64,000 nt of DNA from a virus: IMG/VR virus record IMGVR_UViG_3300037346_000623, positions 1-64,000 of that record. One strand, written 5' to 3'. Below the pieces are notes generated by a model. That model did not search any database. It saw nothing but the letters and a program-made list of their open reading frames with translations, and was not told the origin of the DNA. The position numbers and the translations under genes were made by a program. Positions 38,982-48,402 of this stretch are shown piece by piece. Each line of letters begins with the position of its first letter. Position 1 is the stretch's first letter.

Positions 38982-41539
38982 TTTTTTTTTACTTCCTCTG
39001 ATTCAGCAATATTGTAACCAGATTTATAAACTTTAGAATCCTTAACATCAGATACATCGAATCTTAAAACTCCATTCTTGTCAGCAGGAGCAGAGCTAAG
39101 ATTATTTTTTCCTAATTCCTTACCATTTTGTTTATTATTATTACCTGGCGCTTCCGCTAGATTTTTCTTTACATTAGTATTTTTACCTTTGTTCATTTCA
39201 TCGTTACCAGGAGCATCGGAAAAATCAGGATCAGTAGAGCCTTTTGTTAATTTAGATTTCCCCTTCTTATCTGGTGAATTAGCTAATGACTTATTTTTTA
39301 CATTAACATGTGGAGCTTTTTTATCGTTACCTGGGGCTTTAGAATAATTAGTTTTTGGTGTTGCATTCTTTAAATCAGCCTTACCTTCATTCATTGTTCT
39401 ATTATATCCATGTAAGGAATCACCATTCATGTCTATTTTTCCATTATCGTCACCAGGAGCTTTAGAAAATCCATGCATTCCAGCAAGTTTTTTTAGCATT
39501 TTCTTTTGCTCGCTTTCAGGTAGATCTGACTTATTAAGATTATTAGATTCCTTAACATCACCAGAGTCGTCATTATTATCATCAGCAGATTCAGCATTAT
39601 CATCAGCAGCTTTATTTAGTGCTTCATCAAGATCAGCAAGCTCATTTATCTGATGATCTGCAGTTTTTCCACTATCCAAAAGAATAGTATATCTACCAGA
39701 AGATCCATCAATAGATATTACTTTACCTGTTTCGCCTGATTCTTTAACTTTAACAAAAGAGCCTATATTAAATTTCTGATCCTCAAATAAATCAGAATCT
39801 GGCAATAATGTTATATTCTCCTCTACCTTCTGGATTTCTATATTTATTTGATTCCATTTGGTCTTAAGAGATTGTAATTCTTTCTCTAATATAGAATGTG
39901 CCACGTGCATCTCCTTAGAATTATTATATAAAGGATTAGATTCCATAAGTGTTTCAACTTTAGTAATCTCACCTTCTATTTTAGAAATATTTTCAAGGAT
40001 TTTATTTCTGTCATTAATCATAACAGATTTAATTTTAGATTCACCTTCAAGGAATTCTGTTAATCCTTCAGAAATATCATATCTCATAAAGTTCTTAACA
40101 AGTGATACTGCTTGGGATCCATTAACTTCATAAAGGGAATTTTCCCTCATAGTTTCATTTATTTTCTGAAGATATATTTGACCATTCCATTTAAAAAGAT
40201 TAATACCAAGTCCTTCGTATACATTAGATGTTATAGATTTAGCAAAATCTAATTCAACAACATTAGAATAGTTTGTATAAAGTGTCATAATATCTCCAAC
40301 AACCTCTGATTCATTAACACCGAAGTATGATGAAGATTCCAAGCCTATTATTTTAGCTAGTCCAATAGAATCGCCAAATCTAAGTTTATCCTTACCAAGA
40401 TAAACTGAAACGTTATCATTTTCTTCAACTAAGGTAACTATTTTTTTACCAAGTTTAATTGAAATTCCAGATTCGTTTATTTTAACGTGTGGTTTCATCG
40501 TTGTTAGTGCAAGTCTTAGATAATTCTCAGAAAGATTAGAATATTCAGATTTTGGTAATTTTCTTAGTGTATCCGATGTTGCTTCGAATATACATCCCCC
40601 AATGAAGAAGAATGTTCTTCCTCCTTCAAAAAGTACCGGTGAATAAACTTTAGAAACACTAGATTCGCCCTGAGCATTAACTGGGATCTCCAATTTTCTA
40701 CTATCTGTGCTTTCCTGTATATTAAGAAAATTTATAAGATTTTTAATAACCGGATTGAAACTAAATTTAGAAATATTTCTTACCAATAATCCACTAGATT
40801 TATTTTCAGAAACTAACCAAGTATTAAGGGTTTCCGAAAGTTCAGAATAGAAAGAGGAGCTTCCGCTATTCTTGATAGATTCTAAAACATTAGCAACCTC
40901 GATTTCTCTAGAGAATAATTTTGCTTTCTCTTTCAATTCATCAGCAATAGGTGCTATTGAAGAATCCCATGAGAATGAAGCAAGCTCGTTAACAAAGTTA
41001 TTTATGAGTGAAAATTCAGGAACATTTTTATTATCCAAAAGGTATTGATACTGTTCACATACCATTTTTGCTTTAGGATAAGTATAAATAGATGACTCCT
41101 TTATCTTCTCTATAGCATTTCTAATACCAAGATTTTTTACACTCTGAGTTTCGATAAACGATCTTGCAGCGGGATCAGAGGTTTCAAGATTTACTATGCT
41201 CTCATATAAAGAATTCTCATTATCTTTATTTTCTTTTGGTTTATCTGAATAAGATCCAGAATTACTCGATGTAGATTTTCCTAAACCTCCCCAAGATTCC
41301 ATAAGTGAAGCAGCAGATTTTTTAGAGATCTCTGACTCTTCTCTTTTTATTAAATCCATATGATTTTGTATATTATTTCCATCATTATCTAAATCCAGGG
41401 ATGCATTATGTTCGCTAATTAAAACTGTCAGGTTTTCTTTAGAAACTGAACCACCACTAAGGAAGCTTTCACATAAAGCTTTTACCTCAGGTGATTTTGT
41501 TATTTCTTTTACTTTTTTAACTTGATCTATAAAGTCCAT
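38978..41539 (-). CDS. Large putative prohead core/internal protein with KOW-like motif and C-terminal xxAPG repeats
   Basis: 853 aa. Many (L/I)xE-S sites, FNIGSFVKVKESGETGKV, repeated SKAPG/SDAPG/AEAPG. Late motifs at 41561-41568 and 41594-41601. Confidence 0.6.
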   Translation of the reverse strand: MDFIDQVKKVKEITKSPEVKALCESFLSGGSVSKENLTVLISEHNASLDLDNDGNNIQNHMDLIKREESEISKKSAASLMESWGGLGKSTSSNSGSYSDKPKENKDNENSLYESIVNLETSDPAARSFIETQSVKNLGIRNAIEKIKESSIYTYPKAKMVCEQYQYLLDNKNVPEFSLINNFVNELASFSWDSSIAPIADELKEKAKLFSREIEVANVLESIKNSGSSSFYSELSETLNTWLVSENKSSGLLVRNISKFSFNPVIKNLINFLNIQESTDSRKLEIPVNAQGESSVSKVYSPVLFEGGRTFFFIGGCIFEATSDTLRKLPKSEYSNLSENYLRLALTTMKPHVKINESGISIKLGKKIVTLVEENDNVSVYLGKDKLRFGDSIGLAKIIGLESSSYFGVNESEVVGDIMTLYTNYSNVVELDFAKSITSNVYEGLGINLFKWNGQIYLQKINETMRENSLYEVNGSQAVSLVKNFMRYDISEGLTEFLEGESKIKSVMINDRNKILENISKIEGEITKVETLMESNPLYNNSKEMHVAHSILEKELQSLKTKWNQINIEIQKVEENITLLPDSDLFEDQKFNIGSFVKVKESGETGKVISIDGSSGRYTILLDSGKTADHQINELADLDEALNKAADDNAESADDNNDDSGDVKESNNLNKSDLPESEQKKMLKKLAGMHGFSKAPGDDNGKIDMNGDSLHGYNRTMNEGKADLKNATPKTNYSKAPGNDKKAPHVNVKNKSLANSPDKKGKSKLTKGSTDPDFSDAPGNDEMNKGKNTNVKKNLAEAPGNNNKQNGKELGKNNLSSAPADKNGVLRFDVSDVKDSKVYKSGYNIAESEEVKKN

Positions 41540-41560
41540 GGTTTACTTTTTTTTATTGAT

Positions 41561-41601
41561 TATATATCCATACAAGGACAAGAAACTTTTTACTATATAT
41601 T
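41561..41601 (-). promoter_or_regulatory. Two tandem putative late promoters (GATATATA, AATATATA)
   Basis: Intergenic motif copies. Confidence 0.55.
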
Positions 41602-41620
41602 TCATAAATGAAATATTTTA

Positions 41621-42106
41621 TTATCTACCTATTAATATCTCCAATTTTATCTGAAAATCACTATGAGGATTATTAAATATCATACCCCCGTTGTTTAAAT
41701 ATTCATTAGGTTTCGATAAATTCCATCCATCATAAGATGAATCAGTCGAATATTGCTTAGCCCCGGAAAGGACCATTAATTCACCCATATTCATCATTTG
41801 ACCCTTATATAGCCAGGTTAGATACTTATTAGATTCAACTATGCTGTCAGGAAATATTGCTTTTATTGCAATAAAGTTAACATATCCCATGGTGTCTCCG
41901 ATTCCACTCTGACTTAATAAAAATGACTCCCCCGCATTTAACGAAACCCTACTTTTTGAGAAAGATTCAACACCTATAAGTAAATCATCCATAGAAAGAT
42001 ATTTTGGTGGCGACGATTTTGTTCCGTCGTCAAGAACAAGATTATTCCTATAAAATCTAAATCCTTCCGGTGTGTCATACGGACACTCTACTGGTCTTGT
42101 TGCCAT
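41621..42106 (-). CDS. Hypothetical protein, paralog of 42108..42797
   Basis: Shared W.Y....MG..M.L.GA...GW...NGG.IF.NP....KL.I pattern. Confidence 0.75.
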   Translation of the reverse strand: MATRPVECPYDTPEGFRFYRNNLVLDDGTKSSPPKYLSMDDLLIGVESFSKSRVSLNAGESFLLSQSGIGDTMGYVNFIAIKAIFPDSIVESNKYLTWLYKGQMMNMGELMVLSGAKQYSTDSSYDGWNLSKPNEYLNNGGMIFNNPHSDFQIKLEILIGR

Positions 42107-42107
42107 A

Positions 42108-42797
42108 TTAGTTTGCTGTTATTATTGTCAATTTTACAACCATGCTTGTAGGATTACTAAATATAAAACCTCCATTAGAGCTATTTGGTAAGTCGTTGTG
42201 ATTATAAGTACTAAAGGGATCTATATCCCAGCCCCTCCAATTATAACCATTCTTTATTGCTCCAGTGAGAATCATAAAATCACCCATTAGATTTCGCTGA
42301 GAAGCTAAATAATCCCATAATAGAACCCTATCGTCATCATTAGCTTCTGGTAGATATTCAGCCTTTGCAATCAGCATAGATATCTCACCATTGGTATCTG
42401 TAAATGAACCAGGGTCAAGATTGAATGATGTTGTTGGGTTTATTATTATTGTTTGTTTCTGATAATTAGAGAAACTTTGAAGTGGGTGAAAAAAATCAGC
42501 AACATCAAGAAAATCCAAAACTTGGGATTGGTACACAATATCAAAAGATTCCTTTATGAATTTTACACCAACAGGTTCGTTAAATCTTTGGAATGTTGCT
42601 TCTATTGATTTAAACTGTCCCCTTGTTAATGCGATATTTCTATAATCGGTCTTAAAAGATCCAGTTGCACCATTATCAGGTGATTGATTAGGTCCTATTT
42701 GGAAATTCGATCCGCCCCCGGATATCTCATCCCCACCAGGAAATGATGCGGTTCCACCGTCGTAGTTATTTATGCTTGGAGATTCTAAATCTTTCAC
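42108..42797 (-). CDS. Hypothetical protein, paralog of 41621..42106
   Basis: Same pattern, plus an N-terminal Gly-rich extension with NGATGS. Confidence 0.75.
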   Translation of the reverse strand: MKDLESPSINNYDGGTASFPGGDEISGGGSNFQIGPNQSPDNGATGSFKTDYRNIALTRGQFKSIEATFQRFNEPVGVKFIKESFDIVYQSQVLDFLDVADFFHPLQSFSNYQKQTIIINPTTSFNLDPGSFTDTNGEISMLIAKAEYLPEANDDDRVLLWDYLASQRNLMGDFMILTGAIKNGYNWRGWDIDPFSTYNHNDLPNSSNGGFIFSNPTSMVVKLTIITAN

Positions 42798-42811
42798 TAT
42801 TCTTTATTATT

Positions 42812-43426
42812 TTATCTTATCTTAGTAGGATCTGTGTCTGTAGTTTCTCTATATACTAGATCCCTAAGATTCCTTGTATTCTCGTGTACATGGGAGTTTA
42901 CTTCATCATTTATAGCTTCAGTTTCAATAGAAATATCAGCTTCTAATTCGGTTGATTCTTCAATAGGTAATTCATCAGAACTATCGCCCTCCGGTTTTAT
43001 ATAATCAACCAGGGATTTTATAAATCCTAATGATACTAGAGGTAATATTGCTCCACTTATAATGGAAAGAATTCTTTTCTGGTATATTGGATCTTCATCA
43101 ACTAAACCAAATAATTCTATCCACTGTTCAAAATTATTCAGATGAGTATATGCATAAAACGTGTTACCCATTGCTTGAACTAATGTTAATGTTATAAAAA
43201 GACCCCATACTATTACTCTATTCATTTTTTCAAGAACTATTAACGAAGCAAGAGATGCACCTGCACCGATTTCAAATGCTAATGCTAATGATATAGCAAG
43301 CCATTCTGGATTTGACAATCTAAAGAAATCTATGACATGTATAGTTGATATTAAACTAGTAATAATGTATAGCAAAACAAAAGTTCCTATTATAAATCCT
43401 CTTATTAATTTATTTTTATCCCACAT
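42812..43426 (-). CDS. Multi-pass membrane protein (about 4 TM segments)
   Basis: Four hydrophobic stretches and an acidic C-terminal tail. Confidence 0.75.
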   Translation of the reverse strand: MWDKNKLIRGFIIGTFVLLYIITSLISTIHVIDFFRLSNPEWLAISLALAFEIGAGASLASLIVLEKMNRVIVWGLFITLTLVQAMGNTFYAYTHLNNFEQWIELFGLVDEDPIYQKRILSIISGAILPLVSLGFIKSLVDYIKPEGDSSDELPIEESTELEADISIETEAINDEVNSHVHENTRNLRDLVYRETTDTDPTKIR

Positions 43427-43430
43427 ATTT

Positions 43431-43676
43431 TTATTTTTCCAATTTTAATATTTCATTATCTATCTCCTTCTGTCTATTGACATCAAGAATCTTTCTATCA
43501 GTGGATTGTATCATTCTTTTCTCGACTCTAAGACCCTCCAATTTAATCTCTTTCTTTATATCTTTTTTCATAGATACAATATCAGATCCGTTCCCACATG
43601 ATTTAAAATAGATAAGCAATAAAATAATTATCACTGCCTTATTTCCATGTTCATTTAAAAATTTATTCATCTTCAT
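43431..43676 (-). CDS. Small membrane-anchored or lipoprotein-like coiled-coil protein
   Basis: AVIIILLLIYFKSCG followed by a charged helix. Late motif at 43697-43704. Confidence 0.65.
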   Translation of the reverse strand: MKMNKFLNEHGNKAVIIILLLIYFKSCGNGSDIVSMKKDIKKEIKLEGLRVEKRMIQSTDRKILDVNRQKEIDNEILKLEK

Positions 43677-43706
43677 ATATTTAAAAGTTTATTTCTTATA
43701 TATCCG

Positions 43707-43761
43707 AAAAAATAAACACAAAAAAAAGCCGGACGAATCCAGCTTTTTTTGTGTTTATTTT
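43707..43761 (-). terminator. Intrinsic terminator within an extended inverted repeat
   Basis: aaaataaacac-A8-gc...gc-T7-gtgtttatttt. Confidence 0.8.
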
Positions 43762-43765
43762 ATTT

Positions 43766-44296
43766 CTAGCCCAAAGATATACCCTGCATTGCCGCATTTA
43801 ATTGAGCCTCAATATCCTTGATTTCAGAAGCATCTTTCTTAGCATCAGATAAAGCCTGATCAAAAGCCTTATATAATGAAATAAATTCAGATGCACTAGC
43901 TAACCCAACGCCTCTAGATTTAGATATAAAATAATGGCTAGCCTCCAAAGGAAGAGCACCAAGATAAATAACATCATCCTTGATTCCATCCTTCTCTATC
44001 TTAACTATTTCCTTATTAATCTGAACAATACCTAAAGCCTCCGTGGAAGTCCATTCTGCTTTATTATTCACGAAATCCTTATATAAAGAGAAAATCTCTT
44101 TGGTACAGGAAACAGCATAAACCTTTGTTCTAATCTCAGATTTTTTATTTTCTAATTTTTCAGTTAATTCACTAATTAATGCATCGTCTAGTGTACTAAC
44201 AAAATCAGTATCATTAAAATCTACAGAGGATGATGCATCCGGACCTATGTTTACTGATCCAATTTTTTCAGATTCTTTTTTAATGTTTTTTGACAT
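43766..44296 (-). CDS. Hypothetical protein
   Basis: 176 aa, preceded by GAAAC-N17-TAAAA at 44318-44344. Confidence 0.75.
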   Translation of the reverse strand: MSKNIKKESEKIGSVNIGPDASSSVDFNDTDFVSTLDDALISELTEKLENKKSEIRTKVYAVSCTKEIFSLYKDFVNNKAEWTSTEALGIVQINKEIVKIEKDGIKDDVIYLGALPLEASHYFISKSRGVGLASASEFISLYKAFDQALSDAKKDASEIKDIEAQLNAAMQGISLG

Positions 44297-44343
44297 AATA
44301 TTATTTATATTTTATATTTTTAGTTTATTTTTATTTTTTGTTT

Positions 44344-45156
44344 CTATGCTAGATCAAAAATATCAAGATTATTGCATCTATTTTGATCTAAATATGCCCT
44401 TAGTGCATCCCTCATATCTTTTGCAGGGTATATTTTTGGTTCACTATCAGGTCCTATGTGACATAGAAATCCACTCTCAGTCTCTATACCAAGTTCATCC
44501 TCCAATATTAATCTATATAGAGATATCTGTATCGAGTATTCGTTATGATGATTTTCATAAAATGAATTAAACGGTCTAAGCAGCTTCTTATATCTCCCCT
44601 TAGGATGATTATCATCTTTAAATTCACCATTTGTCTTCCAATCACCAAGTATAAAAAGAACCTTATTTCTTTTAGAGTCCCAAAAGAGGAAAGGCTGATC
44701 TATTGTACCTGCCAATCTCCATTTTTTAGAAAAAATTCTAAGCTCGGATTTTAATGGTACAAGAGAATGAAATTTTCTATTATATAAATCCACGAATTTA
44801 TCAACTCTTGATCTGTATTCAGTTCCTTCTTCTGGTAATTCTGGATTCGATCCGCTCCAAAAATCTTCTATAAATTTATGAACCCTAGTTCCAAGATCAT
44901 TAGCAACATCCCCTTTATTCTTCCATTCATTCAATATGACCGATTGATCAACACCTTGATCTCTAGCTTTTCTTTTCGACCAATACTCTTTATCAAAGGG
45001 TGTCTTGAAATTCTTAAGGTATGTTGTAACTGAATCAAATTTTACACCTCTATACCTATATACATGGGTGGGTTCATCAAATTCAAAATTATTATCATCA
45101 AAAAATCTTAATTTTGAATTTATTTCATTTCTTGCTCTTTCTATGGATTCTACCAT
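44344..45156 (-). CDS. PD-(D/E)XK exonuclease (RecB/Cas4-like fold)
   Basis: SVTT, GTRVH, SE.RIF, LAGTID, DWKTN, YSIQISLY. Confidence 0.85.
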   Translation of the reverse strand: MVESIERARNEINSKLRFFDDNNFEFDEPTHVYRYRGVKFDSVTTYLKNFKTPFDKEYWSKRKARDQGVDQSVILNEWKNKGDVANDLGTRVHKFIEDFWSGSNPELPEEGTEYRSRVDKFVDLYNRKFHSLVPLKSELRIFSKKWRLAGTIDQPFLFWDSKRNKVLFILGDWKTNGEFKDDNHPKGRYKKLLRPFNSFYENHHNEYSIQISLYRLILEDELGIETESGFLCHIGPDSEPKIYPAKDMRDALRAYLDQNRCNNLDIFDLA

Positions 45157-45596
45157 ACAAAAGGAAATATATTAGATATCCATTCCCATTTATAGATTAT
45201 AAATGATATCAGTGAGATCTCAAAAATAAATCTAAATATCCAAAGCCAGCTAATTTCTCTAAATACAAACTGATAAACAACAAGATAAGATTCTTCATTA
45301 GTACCTTTAACTGGCTCTATCCAAACAGTCAGCAATTCCTCAAGATTTAATGATTTTAGATAATCATTTATCGGTTTTATCTCATTCAGAACAAAGGATG
45401 GCCTCGCTTCTTTCGGAAGATCATTCGACATCAAAACCTCTGGTGGTAAATTTATAACAGTGTACATTCTATTAAGATAATCTCTTCTTAGATTCTTTCT
45501 ACTCCATAGAGGAGAATTAAGCTCCTCTGATCTTATCTCTTTGGTATATTCTCTATAGAGAGATATCTCCTTCAGTACTCTCAGCAATTTAAACAT
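45150..45596 (-). CDS. Hypothetical protein with C-terminal membrane anchor
   Basis: Hydrophobic C-terminus. GAAAC-N17-TATAA at 45611-45637 lies upstream. Confidence 0.7.
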   Translation of the reverse strand: MFKLLRVLKEISLYREYTKEIRSEELNSPLWSRKNLRRDYLNRMYTVINLPPEVLMSNDLPKEARPSFVLNEIKPINDYLKSLNLEELLTVWIEPVKGTNEESYLVVYQFVFREISWLWIFRFIFEISLISFIIYKWEWISNIFPFVW

Positions 45597-45644
45597 AATA
45601 TTTTATTATTTTATACAGAAAAAAAAATCAAAGTTTCCCTAAAT

Positions 45645-46295
45645 CTATTTCTTGCATTTCTCCCTACCTCTACCAGTAATAACTTCAACCGCTTCAGCAC
45701 CAATATTTTTTGTTATTTTACTTCTTGCTCTTCTTATTCTTGTAGCAACTGATCTTTTCTTAAGACCATATTTCTCAGCAATATCCTTATACTTCATATT
45801 ATTGATTTCCCTATCAATCATTATATTCTTATATAAGTCGGGAAGTCCCTCAATTTCACCGATAACAGATTCATAGATTTCCTCAAACCTACTTGTTTCA
45901 TTAAAGAATGAATTAGACTGGTCCTCCTCCATACTATAAATACCACCAATATCACCAATCTCATTATTTGATGAAAAGAATTCCATTTCTAAGCTTGTTC
46001 TTGCGTTATATTTTTTTTCCTCCTTCATTAATAACAGGGTTTCATTCCTTGCTATATTATAACACCACGTAGAAAAATTACCTCTTTCCTCATTATATTG
46101 TTCTATTTTCTGCCATATCTTTGACATAGTATTAAGAAAGGCATCCTCAGCTAATGATGGATCTTTAACTATCAAGAAACAATGATTCAATATTCCAGGC
46201 TTTAATCTTTCGAACAAGTCTTTGAATGACTTATCAGTTCTACATCTTATAAATTCTGATGCCAATTTTTGTATATTTTTTTCCTTTCCTTGCAT
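45645..46295 (-). CDS. ECF-like sigma-70 family sigma factor
   Basis: Region 2 AEDAF...KIW.KI..Y....GNFSTWCYNIARN. Region 4 LPDLYK...MKYKDIAE......V.TRIRRAR. Confidence 0.9.
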   Translation of the reverse strand: MQGKEKNIQKLASEFIRCRTDKSFKDLFERLKPGILNHCFLIVKDPSLAEDAFLNTMSKIWQKIEQYNEERGNFSTWCYNIARNETLLLMKEEKKYNARTSLEMEFFSSNNEIGDIGGIYSMEEDQSNSFFNETSRFEEIYESVIGEIEGLPDLYKNIMIDREINNMKYKDIAEKYGLKKRSVATRIRRARSKITKNIGAEAVEVITGRGREKCKK

Positions 46296-46299
46296 ATTA

Positions 46300-46857
46300 T
46301 TATTTTTTTCTTAAGATTTCTATCCCTGCCTCTGCAAGAAAAGCTATTGATTCAGGTTTTCTATAAATTTCTGAAAATACCACCCTTTTAATACCTGATT
46401 GTATTATTAATTTGGAGCATTCGTAACACGGGGATAAGGTTACATATAATGTTGATCCATCTGAGCTTTGTGTTCCCCTCGCCAATTTTGTTATTGCATT
46501 AGCCTCAGCATGCAGAACATATGGTAATGTAACATCATCCTCTTCACACACATTAGTGAACCCGCTGGGAGATCCGTTATATCCATCAGATATTATTGAC
46601 TTATCCTTAACTATAAGGGAACCAACCTGCATTCTTTTACACCTGGAATTCTTCGACCATACTTTGGCCATTTCCATGTATATTGAATCTTTCTGGTGCT
46701 CTCTGGATTCTGTTACAATCATAAAATCAGGATCATCAGAATAAAACACATCATAGGAATCATATTCACCAGATTTCGTTTTTTTAATTTTCCATGTTGG
46801 TTTTTTTAGGAAGTCCTCGTTTATAAATGAGGTATCCCTGTGAATTTCGAATTTCAT
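46300..46857 (-). CDS. dCMP deaminase
   Basis: GYNG, HAEANAI, SPCYEC. Confidence 0.92.
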   Translation of the reverse strand: MKFEIHRDTSFINEDFLKKPTWKIKKTKSGEYDSYDVFYSDDPDFMIVTESREHQKDSIYMEMAKVWSKNSRCKRMQVGSLIVKDKSIISDGYNGSPSGFTNVCEEDDVTLPYVLHAEANAITKLARGTQSSDGSTLYVTLSPCYECSKLIIQSGIKRVVFSEIYRKPESIAFLAEAGIEILRKK

Positions 46858-46879
46858 ATGGACATTTTTTTGTTACCTA

Positions 46880-46887
46880 CAAATATA
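46880..46887 (-). promoter_or_regulatory. Bacteroidota-type -7 element TATATTTG heading the dCMP deaminase-sigma operon
   Basis: TAnnTTTG match. Confidence 0.6.
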
Positions 46888-46929
46888 AATAAAAAATACG
46901 GGATAAAAAAATAATTTTAGAATTATTTT

Positions 46930-48372
46930 TTAAACCCTTCTTGAGTCTGGTCTTAATGGTGAATCCATTGATGATACTCTTAAAGGTCCCTCCAGTAAAG
47001 AACCAATTCTACCTAGTGCTGATAATATATCATCTATATCTTTCTTGGTGATTTCTGCACCTGTACCGGAAGCTGATTCGGTATTTGTTGAAGTTGTTTC
47101 TGCGCTTGGCGTATCACTAGAAATTGGATTTGCCGATACACCTTGAGAAATTGTGCTCGGTGATTCTTTAGTTTCTGAGTTAGTCGCAGATTTTTGTATT
47201 GATTCGGTCTTAGGCTTAATTGAAGGTAAATTTGAAAGCTTTGGTAAATTCTTCTTTACGTCACCAAGCAATCCTTGTTTATCCGGTAAATTCTTTGATC
47301 CACCATCTAATAATTCAGGAGCACCAGATCCGATTTTACTTGCTACACTCTTAACATTTTCCTTAGAAAATGTTCTAGAAAAAAGTCCTGGTTTTTTTTC
47401 TGCAAGCTCTGGATTCTGTTTTTGTTCTGCAAGCTCCTGATTCCGTTTTTGTTCTATTGCTGTGGATTTTTTCTGTACCTCCACTTGTGCTGTTTTAGTT
47501 GATACTGTACTACCTGGTATTTCTGGTTTAGCCGTCGGTTTACCTAGCTTTGCTATATCCTCTTTGGTGAATGTTTCCTGATTATTCTTATTCTTATTCT
47601 TATAATTCTGTATATAATATTCAATCTCGTCAGCAAGTTCTGAAGGATCCGAATAAAAAACGGGATCATCCGTTAAAAGCTCGCTTTTCTTTGCAGCAAT
47701 TTGTTCTTTCGTTGGATACCTACCGCTGTTCATTTCCTTTATTCTATTCTTAACCGCCGGTTGTTTACCAGATAATATAGCCTCCGTCTTATCGTTGGGT
47801 ATTACTGTTGTATTTTTTGGGAGCTGTGCAATTTCCGGACCTTTTTCACCGACAAGATAACTACCAGGTGTCTTAACCACACCACCACTCTCAAATGCAC
47901 CGAGAAGTCCCTTACTTATATTTCCTATGGATCCAGATATCAAATCCTTAACTCCCGCACCGGAGGTAAGATTTTTTGTTATTCCTCCAATATCCAAATT
48001 TTTAATATCGGCTATACCTTTAAATGAATCACTTAGGCTCTTAAAATCTAATCCTTTTAATCCTTTTTCTAGACCTTTAAAATCTAGACTTTTAAGACCA
48101 TTCTCAAGGCCTTTAAAGTCTAGTTTATCTATACCTTTCAATCCATCTTTAAGTCCTTTAAATTCATCCTTAAGGCCCTTAAAATCCATAGATTTGAATC
48201 CATCAACAATCTTTGATACGTCCTTGGCTTCGGATTGGGGTTTAACTTCAAAAGAATCGGCTTTAACAAGATCCTTATTTACCGTAGTATTCTTTTTTAC
48301 TTCGCCGGAAAGCTTCTCTATGTTTCTACCAAGGTCTAATAATTGGGAAATAAGTTTTTGATCAGTAGCCAT
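46930..48372 (-). CDS. Tape-measure-like/baseplate hub protein
   Basis: About 11-aa repeats (LDFKGLENGLKS) and an F.SGG.V..PG.YLVGEKGPE motif. Follows the tube and gp26/gp51-like genes. Late motif at 48388-48395. Confidence 0.55.
   Translation of the reverse strand: MATDQKLISQLLDLGRNIEKLSGEVKKNTTVNKDLVKADSFEVKPQSEAKDVSKIVDGFKSMDFKGLKDEFKGLKDGLKGIDKLDFKGLENGLKSLDFKGLEKGLKGLDFKSLSDSFKGIADIKNLDIGGITKNLTSGAGVKDLISGSIGNISKGLLGAFESGGVVKTPGSYLVGEKGPEIAQLPKNTTVIPNDKTEAILSGKQPAVKNRIKEMNSGRYPTKEQIAAKKSELLTDDPVFYSDPSELADEIEYYIQNYKNKNKNNQETFTKEDIAKLGKPTAKPEIPGSTVSTKTAQVEVQKKSTAIEQKRNQELAEQKQNPELAEKKPGLFSRTFSKENVKSVASKIGSGAPELLDGGSKNLPDKQGLLGDVKKNLPKLSNLPSIKPKTESIQKSATNSETKESPSTISQGVSANPISSDTPSAETTSTNTESASGTGAEITKKDIDDILSALGRIGSLLEGPLRVSSMDSPLRPDSRRV
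47995..48200 (-). repeat. Imperfect 7-11-aa FKGL/LKSLD repeats
   Basis: FKSMDFKGLKDEFKGLKDGLKGIDKLDFKGLENGLKSLDFKGLEKGLKGLDFKSL. Confidence 0.8.
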
Positions 48373-48402
48373 ATTTTTATTTTATTCTATATATTTTAAA
48401 AA

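Noticed and set aside
44344-45156. Cas4/CRISPR association of the PD-(D/E)XK nuclease
   Set aside because: It lacks the four-Cys Fe-S pattern, and no cas genes or array are nearby. This is a common phage exonuclease type.
30412-45156. C-terminal DPFSYL (RNase H-like) and LDIFDL (exonuclease) as sliding-clamp-binding motifs
   Set aside because: The resemblance to T4 SLDFLF-type motifs is too short and weak to support without alignments.
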